Position numbers and translations under genes: made by a program. A DNA stretch of 62,936 nt, the filler included, from Porpidia crustulata (lineage: Eukaryota): NCBI GenBank assembly GCA_964255105.1. It is 5 parts of 5 records of this genome, joined end to end, with 100 filler letters (N's around TTAATTAATTAA, not from the genome) between each part and the next. Parts side by side here need not be neighbours in the genome. Positions count along the whole stretch, not along the records: positions 25,226 to 37,737 come from CAXUWE010000526.1; 4 more parts are not named here. One strand, 5' to 3'. Position 1 is the stretch's first letter. Each line of letters opens with the position of its first letter. Of the stretch, positions 25,295 to 36,485 are shown in pieces. The notes under the pieces were generated by a model, which saw only the letters and a program-made list of their open reading frames with translations, searched no databases and was not told the origin of the DNA.

Positions 25295-28200
25295 GACTGT
25301 CTGTCTTTTGCACTTTTCCTCTTCTTTTTTCTTCTTCCCTCCTGTTATCTATCGCATTACCATCCATCACCCCATTTTGATTGGGAATTACATCTCTTCC
25401 TCAACATTTCGATACCGCAGGTAACGTGCCTCTTGAGTAAACCACTCCTATCCACAATTTGTTCTAGTAAGCTGTGAAAACTCTTTTGGTATGGAAGGTA
25501 TGGGACTGATCCCGGATTGTTGATTTAACGCGTGGTACGACGACCGGCGCCGGGGACACATGTTTATCCAGATTAGGAAGCTGAATGGTAGTGGATCCCC
25601 CCCGCTGCACCACCCAAAAGATGAAATACTCAGTCGTTAGACCTAGCTCATGTGCTACTAGGTATACCGCACAAGGCTCCAACAGGTGGGGGATACGGAA
25701 ACGGTTAGTTCAAAGCGATAGGGATACTTTATTTATCGACATACGGGAATGGAGACGAAACGGGTCATTCGGAGGGGCAAGAGGTTTGAAGGGTTGACGG
25801 TGCTGGAACGTGAGTTGATAGGTGAGATGCGTATTTAATATGTTGTGAATGATCCTTCCTGCAAGAAAAAGGCCGTCATTGACGGTTCATCGTTCCTTAT
25901 TTTCAGTGCCTACCCTGGCTTTGAACTTTCGATCTCGTTCTCCTTACCTGTGGTGTGCTTCGCGAGAAATCGGCGTTAGTCTTTTGCGCGATGAAACATT
26001 AAATCTGGATTCCGAAACTCCAAGACCGAGAGGAGTGAGCTAGCGGCTGGTGTTCTGGGCGGCAGTCCTTTGCTTCTATGTATCTTTGACGAAGACTCAT
26101 TAACTTTCTGCCCGTTTTCTTTGATTCTCTAAGAGATTGAATTTATTTTGGGCGTAGGATCTGTTCGTGCCCCTCCCTCGCTGTGTTTATACCATCCCTG
26201 TCCCCTTGACAGCTATTCCTCTGCCTGTGTCCTTTCTCTTTGAGTGCGTCTTTCTGTAATTTCACATTTCAGTCAACTCAGATAAACAGGTCAGACTCCA
26301 GGTGAATGAAAGGAATGAAAGCGACACCATCGATGATTATCAGTATCTAGTGGAAACATGTATGAATGCTGCTTTATTCGTGGCCGCAGATGTAGATCGG
26401 ACTTGGTGAACGGAGATGATATCAGATCGAGGTAATAAGATTGCATTTTGACGACTCTTGTTCCTGCCTTTCTCTGCATGTACTCAGATAACCAGGCTAA
26501 GCCAGGGTATGCTCGAGGTCAATCGAGCTTGAAAAACCCACTGCACGTTCTGGAGCCTTGCCGAAACCCTCTCAAGCAAGGTTGGTGGAAGGAACGAAAG
26601 CGACACCATTGGCGATTGAGAGCCGACGTTTGGTAATAATATACACGGATGCTGCTTTGTTCGTAGCCGAAGAGGTAGGTCGGATTGGTGGATGGGTGGA
26701 GAAGATTTCAGATCGAGGCAACGAAGATTGGTTTTTTTGGCGACTCTCGTTCATGGTCAGTCTCGCTACCCCTTGTTCTCGACCAATGCTCCCGGTAGCC
26801 CTTCGCCCCTCACTGCATAGTACCTATCATTAACGCAACCAGCTCAATCATCGGTGGCGTTCGTTGTTCCTTCCCAGTCTCCATGCCCTCACTCCACGGC
26901 CGACAAATCTATGTTTCTCTTTTCCTTGATTACCCATCTTTACGTGGGAAGCATCTGGAAAGTCTTGCAAATTTGTCGTGTATCTCTGGAGTCAGGACGG
27001 CTGATGTTAGAAGAAGGCCTTGTAGAGCGGCATGGGAGTGTTGGAAAGGGCGAGGAAACTGCTGTAAGAAACTGACAGGAGATAGACCGCATTTTCAGAG
27101 TGGAAGGAGAAATCGCCAACGAAGAGCTCGAAGTCCGTACCTTGATGGGAATTGTAATAAGAAAGAGAAAGCAAGATATAGGAGGAGTCTCAAACTTGTA
27201 CAGCCAAATTCATACGTACCTCATCAAACCCTAAGAGGAAAATCCCCAAAATTAAGGGAAAAGTAAAATCGAACAACGGATCCCAACTTCATCAAGTCCC
27301 ATCCCAAAACCCCTTAGCCAACTCACTAACTAACGCTTACGTGTCGACATATTCCGAATTCCCAAGCCCTGGGGTCAACGAAGTCACCACGGAGTACACA
27401 ATACGTACCCCCAAGTACCTATACCAACGAGACTCCGCAAAAGGCCGGTTCCGGTTGGAGGATCGGGGCACCCTAGGGAGACTCATGTTTCAGATCCTGC
27501 AAGCCCGATGACGGATGTGCCCGCGGGTTGGGTTCATCCAGCCCGGTCGAGAACGGGGATATGCTTGGTGAGGCGGCAGGTTGAGCATGGCCGGTTGGTT
27601 GGTTGAGGAGGGCGGTCCGCTGTCGAGGTACTGGCTGGAGTTTGCAAGGGGGGTTTTCTAGGATTGCGGTGGTCGGGGGGATCTGGGGATCTGGTATTTT
27701 ACTTGGGGTGTAGTTGGCGGAGACGGTGCCAAAGAACTGGTAAGGGGAGCAAGAGGTAGGAGATGGCAATGATCTTCTCGTAAAGAAAAGGTTTCTGGTG
27801 GTGTTGTATTCACCAATAGATCGCTTCGTAGAAGCTCCCCAACGCCGAATCCACAAGGAGCCTCCCAGTACCACTAATAAACGCTAAACAGGCCAAAGGC
27901 AAGTCAACCCAGGAGGGTTTGCCTAGCTCTTAAGCATCCCCCGCCGGTTCGTGCCCAGATGACAATGACAGTGGCATCAATCGCTGATAGGTGCGGAAAT
28001 GCTCGCTGTCTCACACGAATGGGTGACGGATCTGTTACTCCAGAAAAGCATCTGCACCACGGCAAATGCACGACATGATTGCATTGCGTTCGCGCGAGTA
28101 AGGATGCTTTGCTCGCACAACCTAGCCGTAAGGTGATAGAATCAGTGGTATAAATATATAGATCATGCAAGTTGCAGGTGTCTAACGTTGTGCAGCACGC

Positions 28201-28504
28201 TCTTGGTCGGAGACAGTTGGATCCAACAGATATGTACGAACATCATTGCGGCAACGCTTGAGCAGTCTAGTTAACGATGGAAGACGGGCATGCAAGGAAG
28301 AATAACAAGAACGACGCCGAAAGATGCCTGCCCATTGAATATAATGCATGATCTGTACCCGTCCTCCGTCTATCGCGTCAAATATGTTCCGTACTTTCGT
28401 GGCCCATGGCTCGTGAGTTGAACCTATTTCGGCGTAAGATCCCAGCCCCTTGGATGCAGATCTCTCTAGCTTCAAAACCGTCGAGAAACCATTAGACGTC
28501 GGAT

Positions 28505-28531
28505 AGCCGTGGGCCTTGAAGGCCCACGGCT
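28505..28531. repeat. Perfect GC-rich inverted repeat (13-bp arms)
   Basis: AGCCGTGGGCCTT-G-AAGGCCCACGGCT. Confidence 0.9.
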
Positions 28532-28722
28532 CTTACGTACACGGACTAGGAAATGTAGAAACATGTAAAAAAAAATTAAAATATTAAAAATACAAAAAAC
28601 CTCTCCCGCTCTTCGGCGGGTCGCCCCCCCCCCCCCCCCGGGCTCTTCCGTCCACGGAGTAGGAAATGTCGAAACTTGTCAAGAACAATGAAAATATTCA
28701 AAATCCAAACAAAATTCTCCGC
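28529..28722. repeat. Imperfect ~80-bp direct duplication flanking a poly-C run (likely assembly artefact)
   Basis: gctcttacgtacacggactaggaaatgtagaaacatgtaaaaaaaaattaaaatattaaaaatacaaa versus gctcttccgtccacggagtaggaaatgtcgaaacttgtcaagaacaatgaaaatattcaaaatccaaa; most mismatches are A in the first copy. Confidence 0.75.
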
Positions 28723-28768
28723 CACAAGAGCCACCCATCGTACAGCGTATATAAAGCCTCTTACAATT

Positions 28769-30621
28769 TTAGAGTCTCGAGATCAGCAGGCGGCTGCCAT
28801 ACATTGCAGCCGCACATGCCGCCATAACACCTACACTCACAAGCGCAGCCATCTTGTTACTGACCTGTGTCTCCTCAACAACACGATTCCACCTCGTCTG
28901 TCCCTTCTTCTCCACATCTTGTGCAGCGGTACCCAAGATTTCAAAGTCACTCCAATTCAAAAAATTCGTTCGCTTTTGATACGCAATGGCTGAGCCGCAC
29001 CAATTGGTCGTAATCCGGCCGTTTTCGTCTTTGAACCAGGAGGTACAGTTGGGATCGGCAAAGGTGGAGTTGGCCAGCCGGGCTTGGACTTCCTCGTTGT
29101 ATTTCTCGACGACTTCTTGCCTTGGTTCCAGCCGCAGAGTTTTGCCATTGTGTTTGGAGTCTAGGACCGACTGGATGAGGGTGTTGATGTACAGGCTTTG
29201 GGCTTCAATCTGAAGTATTAAACTATTGTAGGCCAAATTGGTATTGGGGCCGTACAACATGCCGAAATTGGGAAGGTGCTGAACCGTGATTCCCAAATAG
29301 GCCGACGCACCGTTTGCCCAGGCTTCCTCCAGCGAGTAGCCACCGGCGCCAAAGATCTTAATCGGGTACATGAATTGGGTTGTACGAAAGCCCGTGGCAA
29401 GCACGAGAAGGTCGATTTCGTGGTGAGCTCCACCCTCGACGCTGATGCCGGTCGGAGTGATCTCGCTTATTTTGCCGGTTTCGAGGGTGACACGGTCCCG
29501 CTTCATGGCTGGATAGTAGTCATCGCTAACAATGATGCGCTTGCAGCTGAAAGGGTAATCTGGTGTCAACTTGGTCCTTCGATCCGCATTCTCGTCGCCA
29601 GGCAACTGCTCGAGCATGTGCCGGATGGCTATGCTCGTGATGAACTTGTGCTTGCTGCTCTCGGGATCAAATGCGGCGTCGAATACATTCTCTCGGAAGT
29701 CCATCAAACTGGCTCGATAGCGTTTTCGCACAAGAGGCACATACTTGTAAACCATCTGCATCGATGGGCTGATCGGCGCGTCATGGCGGGGCATCACCCA
29801 CGCGGGTGTTCGTTGGCAAACCACCAGGCTCTTACACGACTGGGCAATCTCTGGGATGATCTGTGCCGCCGTGGCTCCAGTGCCAATAATGCCGACTCGC
29901 TTCGCCCTGACGTCGTAGTCCCAATCCCACCGGGCAGAATGCATGACTTTTCCCGCGAACGAGTCTAATCCTGCAATGTCAGGGAATTTCGGGACGTTCA
30001 GCTGGCCCACGGCAGAGACTAGGAAATCCGACGTGATGGAATACGAACGACCAATTTCGGCTTCTTTGCCGCCAAGGCGGGTGATTACGGTTCGCCATTT
30101 CTGGTTGTCGTCGTCCCAGCGCGCCTCGTCGACGGATGAGTTGAAGCGAAGATGGCGGTAGAGCTCGTACTTGTGCGCGACCCCGATCAGATACTCTTGA
30201 ATCTCCTTTTGTCCTGGGTACTCGCGACTCCAGTTCGGGTTGGGCTCAAAGGAGAAGGAATACAAATGGCTTAAGACTAATCATGCGATTAGCCGAAATG
30301 CAGGTCCAGTCCATGTGAAAGCGTAGGCTTTTATACCATCGCAACAACAGCCCGGGTAGATGTTGTCATTCCACGTCCCTCCCACTTGATTGCCCTTCTC
30401 AATGACGACAAAACTCCGACCGCCACCGCGCCTGATCATGTCAATGGCCGTGCACATGCCTGTCCGCACAGAATTCTCGCATTAGAGCTCCTCATCGCTC
30501 TCAAGCAAGGCAGCATTGTGCATGAACACGTACCGGAAATGCCGGCGCCGATGATGAGAACATCGGGCGAGTTGATGTTGCGACCATAGTCAGCCTTTGG
30601 ATATGGGTTTGGATCAGACAT
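28769..30621 (-). CDS. FAD-dependent Baeyer-Villiger-type (class B flavin) monooxygenase (3 exons)
   Basis: Rossmann VLIIGAGISG, GGTWNDNIYPGCCCD, BVMO fingerprint FAGKVMHSARWD, second Rossmann GIIGTGATA, and ATGF. Introns 30533..30460 and 30336..30277. Hydrophobic C-terminal tail. Confidence 0.93.
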
Positions 30622-32691
30622 TGGCTTCCAACTGTTGGGTCGGGTAAAAGTGAAGGTATCTGCAGGTCAACATGCTATAAGGTGTCGATTGCAGCTCTAG
30701 AGGTGCAATTGCCGCCCCGACAAGGTCGGCCAATCCTTCCCAAACCGTATCGATTCCAATAAAATGCCAAGGGGGGAAGTCTGGAGGGAGATTGCCGTGC
30801 TCCCTTGCGTCATGCGCCGGGTGGGATGGATTGGGGATGCAGGGTCAGTCGACAACCGGTCGGAGAATTATTGATTTTCTGGTGGGAAGAGGGAGTGGAG
30901 CCTTGGTGCAGGAGAGGTTGAGAGATCGAGATATATGCGTGTCAATTCCACCCGCCTGCATTGATCTCTGCCCAGCATGCGTCGGATCATTGATATCCAT
31001 GAACTACAGGGAGTGGCGGACTGCAGATTCTAGCGCTCTCTGTTCGGTGTCTTCGGTGTCTTCGGTCTCGTGGGGCCTATTCGGCTTGCGGCAGCAGCGT
31101 CGTCATCATCACCACCATCATTCCGATCATCGTTATCGTCAGTACTATCATCATGATCTGAAGGAGTCAACTGGGGTTGGTGGGGAAGGGAGAGAAGGGT
31201 TCCCGGCCAAGCAGCCAGCCAGCGCAGCACCAAGCATCGTAGGTCTGGGAGATTGAAAGCTTGTCCATTGTGGTTGGAGGCGGTTGGTGATTAGAGGCAG
31301 ACGATAAGCAATCATGATCTCAGTTGATCTTTACACTTTGTGAAATTGTGCTCTTATCCAGCGTGGTGGGCGGGTAGGAACCTGAGTCCCCTACAGATTT
31401 CATGCATGCTTCGGTGCAAAGCGCGCATAATATATCGATAGGGTGGAGAAATCAGGGTCGAGAGACAGTCGTTAGGCAGACTCTTAGGTAGCTACGTGAA
31501 TCAGATAAGGCAGTTAGTTTATATGCGTGAGTACAATCAGGAAAGTACTGACGATGGACGATGGACTCGGTGACTCGATAGTCCTCTCACTCGACACTCT
31601 ATCGTGGTCTATTTAAGGTGTACGCGATCGACCATTAGTCTCCCACATTTATCGCTGAATCTCTTATTTGGTGCCGGCCGTATTGCTGGTCTCTACCATC
31701 AGATTTTATTAATGCTGCCACCGTGTGCCATGGAACGCCCATCAAGCACTGACAGCCACTGGCCGCCATGGACAGCCACACCGAGATGAATAGAGGCTGC
31801 CAGGGAGCCAGAGAGCCAGGGTTAGAAGTGCCAGAATCCCGGTAGATTGGAAACAGGGGAGTCCAGGCTGGACCGATCCATTTTGCCCTGCGTTAGGGCT
31901 CGCATGGTCGGTATTCGGTATCAGCACTAGCGACAGTTATCCTTTTGATACGCCAAATACGGTATGTTACACACAGCCCCCACTCGTATGCAACTAACGT
32001 CGCACAGACTCTTCGTCTGACAGCTAGCTACTTAGGTACTTACACTTTCAACTGTTTCTTCCCTCCAAATGATGACCAAAGTTTGTTCACCCGTGATTCC
32101 CGTTCTTTGGCTTTCATAGCGAATGAAATAATAACCCTCAACCGCAGAGACCAGTATAGACATTCGACCGCGTTAAGGGTGGCTGACCTTGCACGCTCGG
32201 TCAATAATCACAAGCTTACTTCACAACGCCTCCAGCGCCTTCAGCGGGCAATTGAAACAAACTTACTTCAAAAAGCCTTCAGCGGTCGCCATCTTTTGGG
32301 CGGGCAACCGATTGTGTGGACGATTGATAAGGTTCAGGAGTAGGGAGTGTGTTGGCTTTCAATAGATAGGGTGATGGGGAGGTCAGACAAAGATTCCGCA
32401 ATCCTTGCGTCACCGCTGCACCCGTAATGATGACTCCATTACGCGACGCCAGTATATACGCGCAAGCCTCACGCCCTGGCCATCAATACTCGGACAACCT
32501 CACTCGTGAGAGCTGTGTCAATGTCAGATGAATAGTTGAAATGAGAAGAGCCAAGCACTGGGCTACATGCAAGGTACCCGTATTCCCTCGAATCCGTTCT
32601 CCATACACCATCGACCGCTGTCAACGGCTTTCCACACCCCGGGTATATGATGCAATAGTAGAAGTAAAGGACCACATAATCTTCTGGAACA

Positions 32692-33366
32692 TCAGAATCC
32701 TCGGAATATCTTCTCAAATTCGAACTCGTTCCAACGAACCGTAGGCCGCAAACCTGCAAGCTTCCACTCTCCGTCAATCTTCCGATAGTAATGCTTGATC
32801 ATTGCGTGTCCGTGTCCTTTGCTCTCAACCGTCTTGAGGTCGAGAGCCGTGTAACGTTGATGCGCCGCTCGCAGCTGATGATGACCAATTACTTCGTGAT
32901 CTGACAACCTTTGCCACTTCGAAGCTCCAATATGATGTTGCGTGTGGACGAGCGGGTCACCCACGAATCCCACGTGGCTCATGATCCCGACGAATTCATC
33001 CGCAGGCATTGAATCCCACTTATGGCCGTTTACTTCCGAATAGTCTACCTGCAGGGTTTGGGTCAGTGAACTCTGTCAAGGAAAAGGATGTATCAGAGGA
33101 TTGCGTAAGACCAACCATCAAAGTTGGAGCCAGTATCCTTCGCAATCTGACCCAGTCTTTGCCATCATAGCTGTCGCCCCATTCGAAGGTGATCTCGGAG
33201 AGACAGAGGTAATCTTTTGCCAACGGAGTATCAGCCTCACGTTTTCCCAAGGTGCGTTTGTCTGGTGGGAATATGTCATACCATCGAATGAAATCTTTTG
33301 CGAGGAGCCGTGGATCGATGAATGATTCAATGAATGGGGTGCCGGTGTTACTGCGTTGGAGGCCAT
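32692..33366 (-). CDS. Scytalone dehydratase family protein (Arp1/MdpB-like, 3 exons)
   Basis: ATG at 33366; introns 33281..33214 and 33115..33049. Product contains FEWGDSYDGKDW, VDYS, GDPLVHTQHHIG, HQLRAAHQRY and WKLAGLRPTVRWNEF. Confidence 0.92.
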
Positions 33367-34098
33367 GTGTTTCAGCGCTGACGATTGACAAATACTTCCT
33401 AGGAGCGTAGCTACAAAACAGCAGCTGATCAAGAGAATACTTGAAGCTCTGAATGTTTATACATTTGGGTCAGCTCAGTACTGGTACCAGCCTTATGCAA
33501 AGCCATGAATGTGTATACGAGCGGCCTTGCGTCGAGAAGACCCATCTTCTCCCTGTCGTATTCATAATGACTCCCGATGAGCTCGAAGCATCGACACTGC
33601 GTCAGCTCCCCTGAGACGGTCGAACGTATTGTGAACGCTTCGTGATTGTATCTGTATGACGAAGTTCGGGCGACACCGAGTCGGTCAACGAATGATGCGT
33701 CGCTTATGGTGATGGACGTTCCTAGAAAGGCCGGATTGGGCTTAATGCCCATACCGCAATCACGTTTCAGATCCCCCGACCTGCACATAATGCCCTCGTT
33801 GGTGAGGGTTTCGGTCGTTTGAAGGCAAAGTGCTTCTACGGGCACGATATACAGGAACAGCAACGTTGAACTTTCTGCTTCAATTAACACGACCGAGTGC
33901 CGACATGACCGCAATTCGCCGGCAGCGGGCAATTTCGATTATAAGACGTGGTCCAAAGTAAAGGGTTCTTCATAGATATAGCTGCTCCTCTTGCGACAAT
34001 AAAATATAGCAATCTCGACGAGAATCAATAAAACTTTGATTCGTTGAATATCCACCGTCGTTGATACAGCACAGTCCCACATAAGCAGCCCAGGAACC
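33367..34098. promoter_or_regulatory. Bidirectional promoter between dehydratase and reductase, with one TCG-N5-CGA motif (33681-33691)
   Basis: Head-to-head genes. TCGGTCAACGA fits the AflR-type TCG(N5)CGR site, but a single hit could be chance. TATA-like AT-rich elements lie near 33940-33980. Confidence 0.45.
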
Positions 34099-35059
34099 AT
34101 GGAAAACACCACCGCAGACAGCACTATCACGAACGGTAGCACAGTCCACGAGCCAGCCAGCCACGAAGTCGTCCCCAACGGTATCACCTCAAATGGATCG
34201 GTCCAGTCGCCACCCAAGTCTCTGTCTGGAAAAGTTGCTTTGGTGACAGGAGCAAGCCGAGGCATTGGTGCAGGTATTGCTCTGGAATTGGGATCGCGTG
34301 GTGCCTCAGTTGTAGTCAATTACGTCAAAACCAAATCTTCCGCCGACGAGGTTGTCCAGCAGATTGAGAAGTTTGGCAGCAAGGCAGTCGCCATCCAAGC
34401 CGACGTATCCAAGGTTTCCGAGATCACCAGATTGTTTGAAGAAGCCAAGAAGTATTTCGGGAAAATTGACATCGTCATGTCCAACTCGGGAACCGAGAGT
34501 TTCGACAAGACCGAAGACATCACGGAGGAGCGGTTCGACTATGTTTTTGGCCTCAACATCCGCGCACAATTCTTTGTCGGACAGCATGCGTTCAAGTACT
34601 GCGAAGAAGGGGGACGTTTGATCCTAATGTCTTCGATCGCTGCCGGACTCCTTGGTGTTCGCGACCACGCCCTCTACTCCGGAAGCAAATCCGCTGTTAA
34701 TGGGATCACGAAATCGTTTGCCACCGACTTCGGAAAGAGGGGAATGACCTGCAACGCAATTGCACCGGGCGGCGTGAAGTCTGACATGTTCACCGAGGTT
34801 GCCTGGCGATACATTCCCGGCGCAGATGGGACTTGGACTGCGGATGCAATTGAGAGTGCCATGGCCAACCATTGTCCAATGAAACGCTGTGCGCTGCCAG
34901 TCGACGTAGCCAGAGTGGTGGCTTTTTTGGCAAGTGAAGACGCTGGATGGGTTAATGGTAAGTCATCATCCTAGCTACCCTACAAGTTCCGCACATGTGT
35001 GTTGATACTGTCTGCTTCTAGGCCAAGTGATAACTATTTCCGGTGGCTCGGGCCAGTAA
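34099..35059 (+). CDS. Hydroxynaphthalene reductase-like SDR (Arp2/4HNR-like)
   Basis: TGASRGIG, VVVNY, NSG, catalytic SS...HALYSGSK, and NAIAPGGVKSDMF...WRYIPG. Intron 34958..35021 leads to the last exon GQVITISGGSGQ*. Confidence 0.92.
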
Positions 35060-35138
35060 AATATGTATTGGAAGTAAATAGTGTCTAATTACCATTAATC
35101 TATTTGTTCCCATAAACAATCCAAATAATTTCTAATGA

Positions 35139-36485
35139 TCATTTACTGGATTCTCCTTTGCGAACCTGCAAAAAATCGACAATGTAATGTAAATTCTTAT
35201 CCAAATACGAAGTCAACGCGGTGTAAAGACTACTCTCATTTTGCTCGGATGGCGCATTGCGGAGACCATCTTGGTACATGGATAATATACTCTCAACTTT
35301 CCTAAGTTCCAGCAGAAGAATCTCGATTTCAAGCAGCTGTCTATCCTCGCCGGTTACTGTATAAGCCCCGAACGCCAGTTGGGCCGAGGCTTGGACCCCC
35401 GTCGAAGATCCGAATCGGAACATGCATGTGGCTCTGTACAATGACATAACCTTGCCGAATATAGTCGCTAGTAACATGGTCGTGATGCTACCGCCAATTT
35501 TTGGTACACAGTTGTCACATCCAAGCAAAGCAGAGCATCCATCAATGGCCTCGCGATTGATCTTCAGGACAATGTCAAAGGGTGGCCCACCTTGATGTGT
35601 AGATGACGACATCCACGAGTGATTGTGTAATGACTGGAGCGCGTGAAGGCAGGAGGCGAAACAGTCGCAATCAGAACCGGGGCCCGGTTGAGCTAGGTTT
35701 TGATTGTTCTCCTGCTGCCTCGGTAGTGCCGGTCTCATGGCTGGATGTGAAGAGTGAGCGTGCCCTACAGGCATCAGATCGAGTGGGCTCTGGAACGAAG
35801 GTAGCAGGGAATATTGATTGTTGTTGATTGTCCAAGCAGGGCTCACTGGAGCCTGATCTGCATTGCCGTTAGGGGAGGGTGCTGCTGTAGCGAATGCTGA
35901 AAAGCCATGATGACTCGATAATGGCACAAAGGAGTCCATGAAGTCGCCGTTCAACGGAGGCGTAGGAAGGAAGTCTGAGGTGTCGTACGAGTCCCCTTGT
36001 TTCGTTGTGATTATACCCTTCTCCGCTACCGATTGTGGTCCCTGCTGGTCTTCCTGAGTCGTGGGCGACGTGGAGCCGCCCCAGATGGTGGGATTATGGT
36101 CTCCATTGGGTTCAAGCATTGGGTACATAAACAGAGGTAGATACGAGGTCGCGTTCGGAAGCGCGCTCTGTGGTAGTTCCATACCGTCTTTGGGCGCTGT
36201 ATTGCTGGCGGCAGCTTTTCTCAAACCAGCATTGCGGTTCTTCCTACCGGCGCGTGACGAGGGGCTGTAACCACACGGAGCGCCGTTCGCGAGGCAGCGT
36301 GCACACAGAGGGCGAGTTTTACTGCATTTGACCTTGGCTATCAGGCAGCTATCGCAGGATTCTCGCAGTTTGGTATGCTTTGGCAGCGACGAGGTAGAGG
36401 TTGAGGTCGATGTTGAGCTTGAAATTGAGGTTGTAGCGGAAGAAGCTGTGGGAAGGTCGGTTTGACTGGGCATGTCGATGAACAT
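35139..36485 (-). CDS. Zn(II)2Cys6 transcription factor, AflR/MdpE-like
   Basis: KLRESCDSCLIAKVKCSKTRPLCARCLANGAPCGYSPSSRAGR. The C-terminal CDCFASCLHALQSL...FDIVLKINREAI...LLGCDNC...FGAYTV region resembles AflR-type regulators. Start may be 36485 or 36473. Confidence 0.88.
   Translation of the reverse strand: MFIDMPSQTDLPTASSATTSISSSTSTSTSTSSLPKHTKLRESCDSCLIAKVKCSKTRPLCARCLANGAPCGYSPSSRAGRKNRNAGLRKAAASNTAPKDGMELPQSALPNATSYLPLFMYPMLEPNGDHNPTIWGGSTSPTTQEDQQGPQSVAEKGIITTKQGDSYDTSDFLPTPPLNGDFMDSFVPLSSHHGFSAFATAAPSPNGNADQAPVSPAWTINNNQYSLLPSFQSPLDLMPVGHAHSSHPAMRPALPRQQENNQNLAQPGPGSDCDCFASCLHALQSLHNHSWMSSSTHQGGPPFDIVLKINREAIDGCSALLGCDNCVPKIGGSITTMLLATIFGKVMSLYRATCMFRFGSSTGVQASAQLAFGAYTVTGEDRQLLEIEILLLELRKVESILSMYQDGLRNAPSEQNESSLYTALTSYLDKNLHYIVDFLQVRKGESSK

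Noticed and set aside
29276..29968. Long antisense or alternative-frame ORFs over real genes (also 24688-25173, 56970-57587, 60373-60987)
   Set aside because: Shadows caused by codon bias in the real genes; no independent motifs.
30792..31256. His-rich 154-aa ORF (RRHHHHHHSDH)
   Set aside because: Comes from a CAT/CGT microsatellite-like stretch upstream of the BVMO; non-ATG start and no domain features.
33020..33391. ORF-track N-terminus MSIVSAETH for the dehydratase
   Set aside because: TTG start reading through an intron. The ATG at 33366 in another frame splices cleanly to the conserved part.
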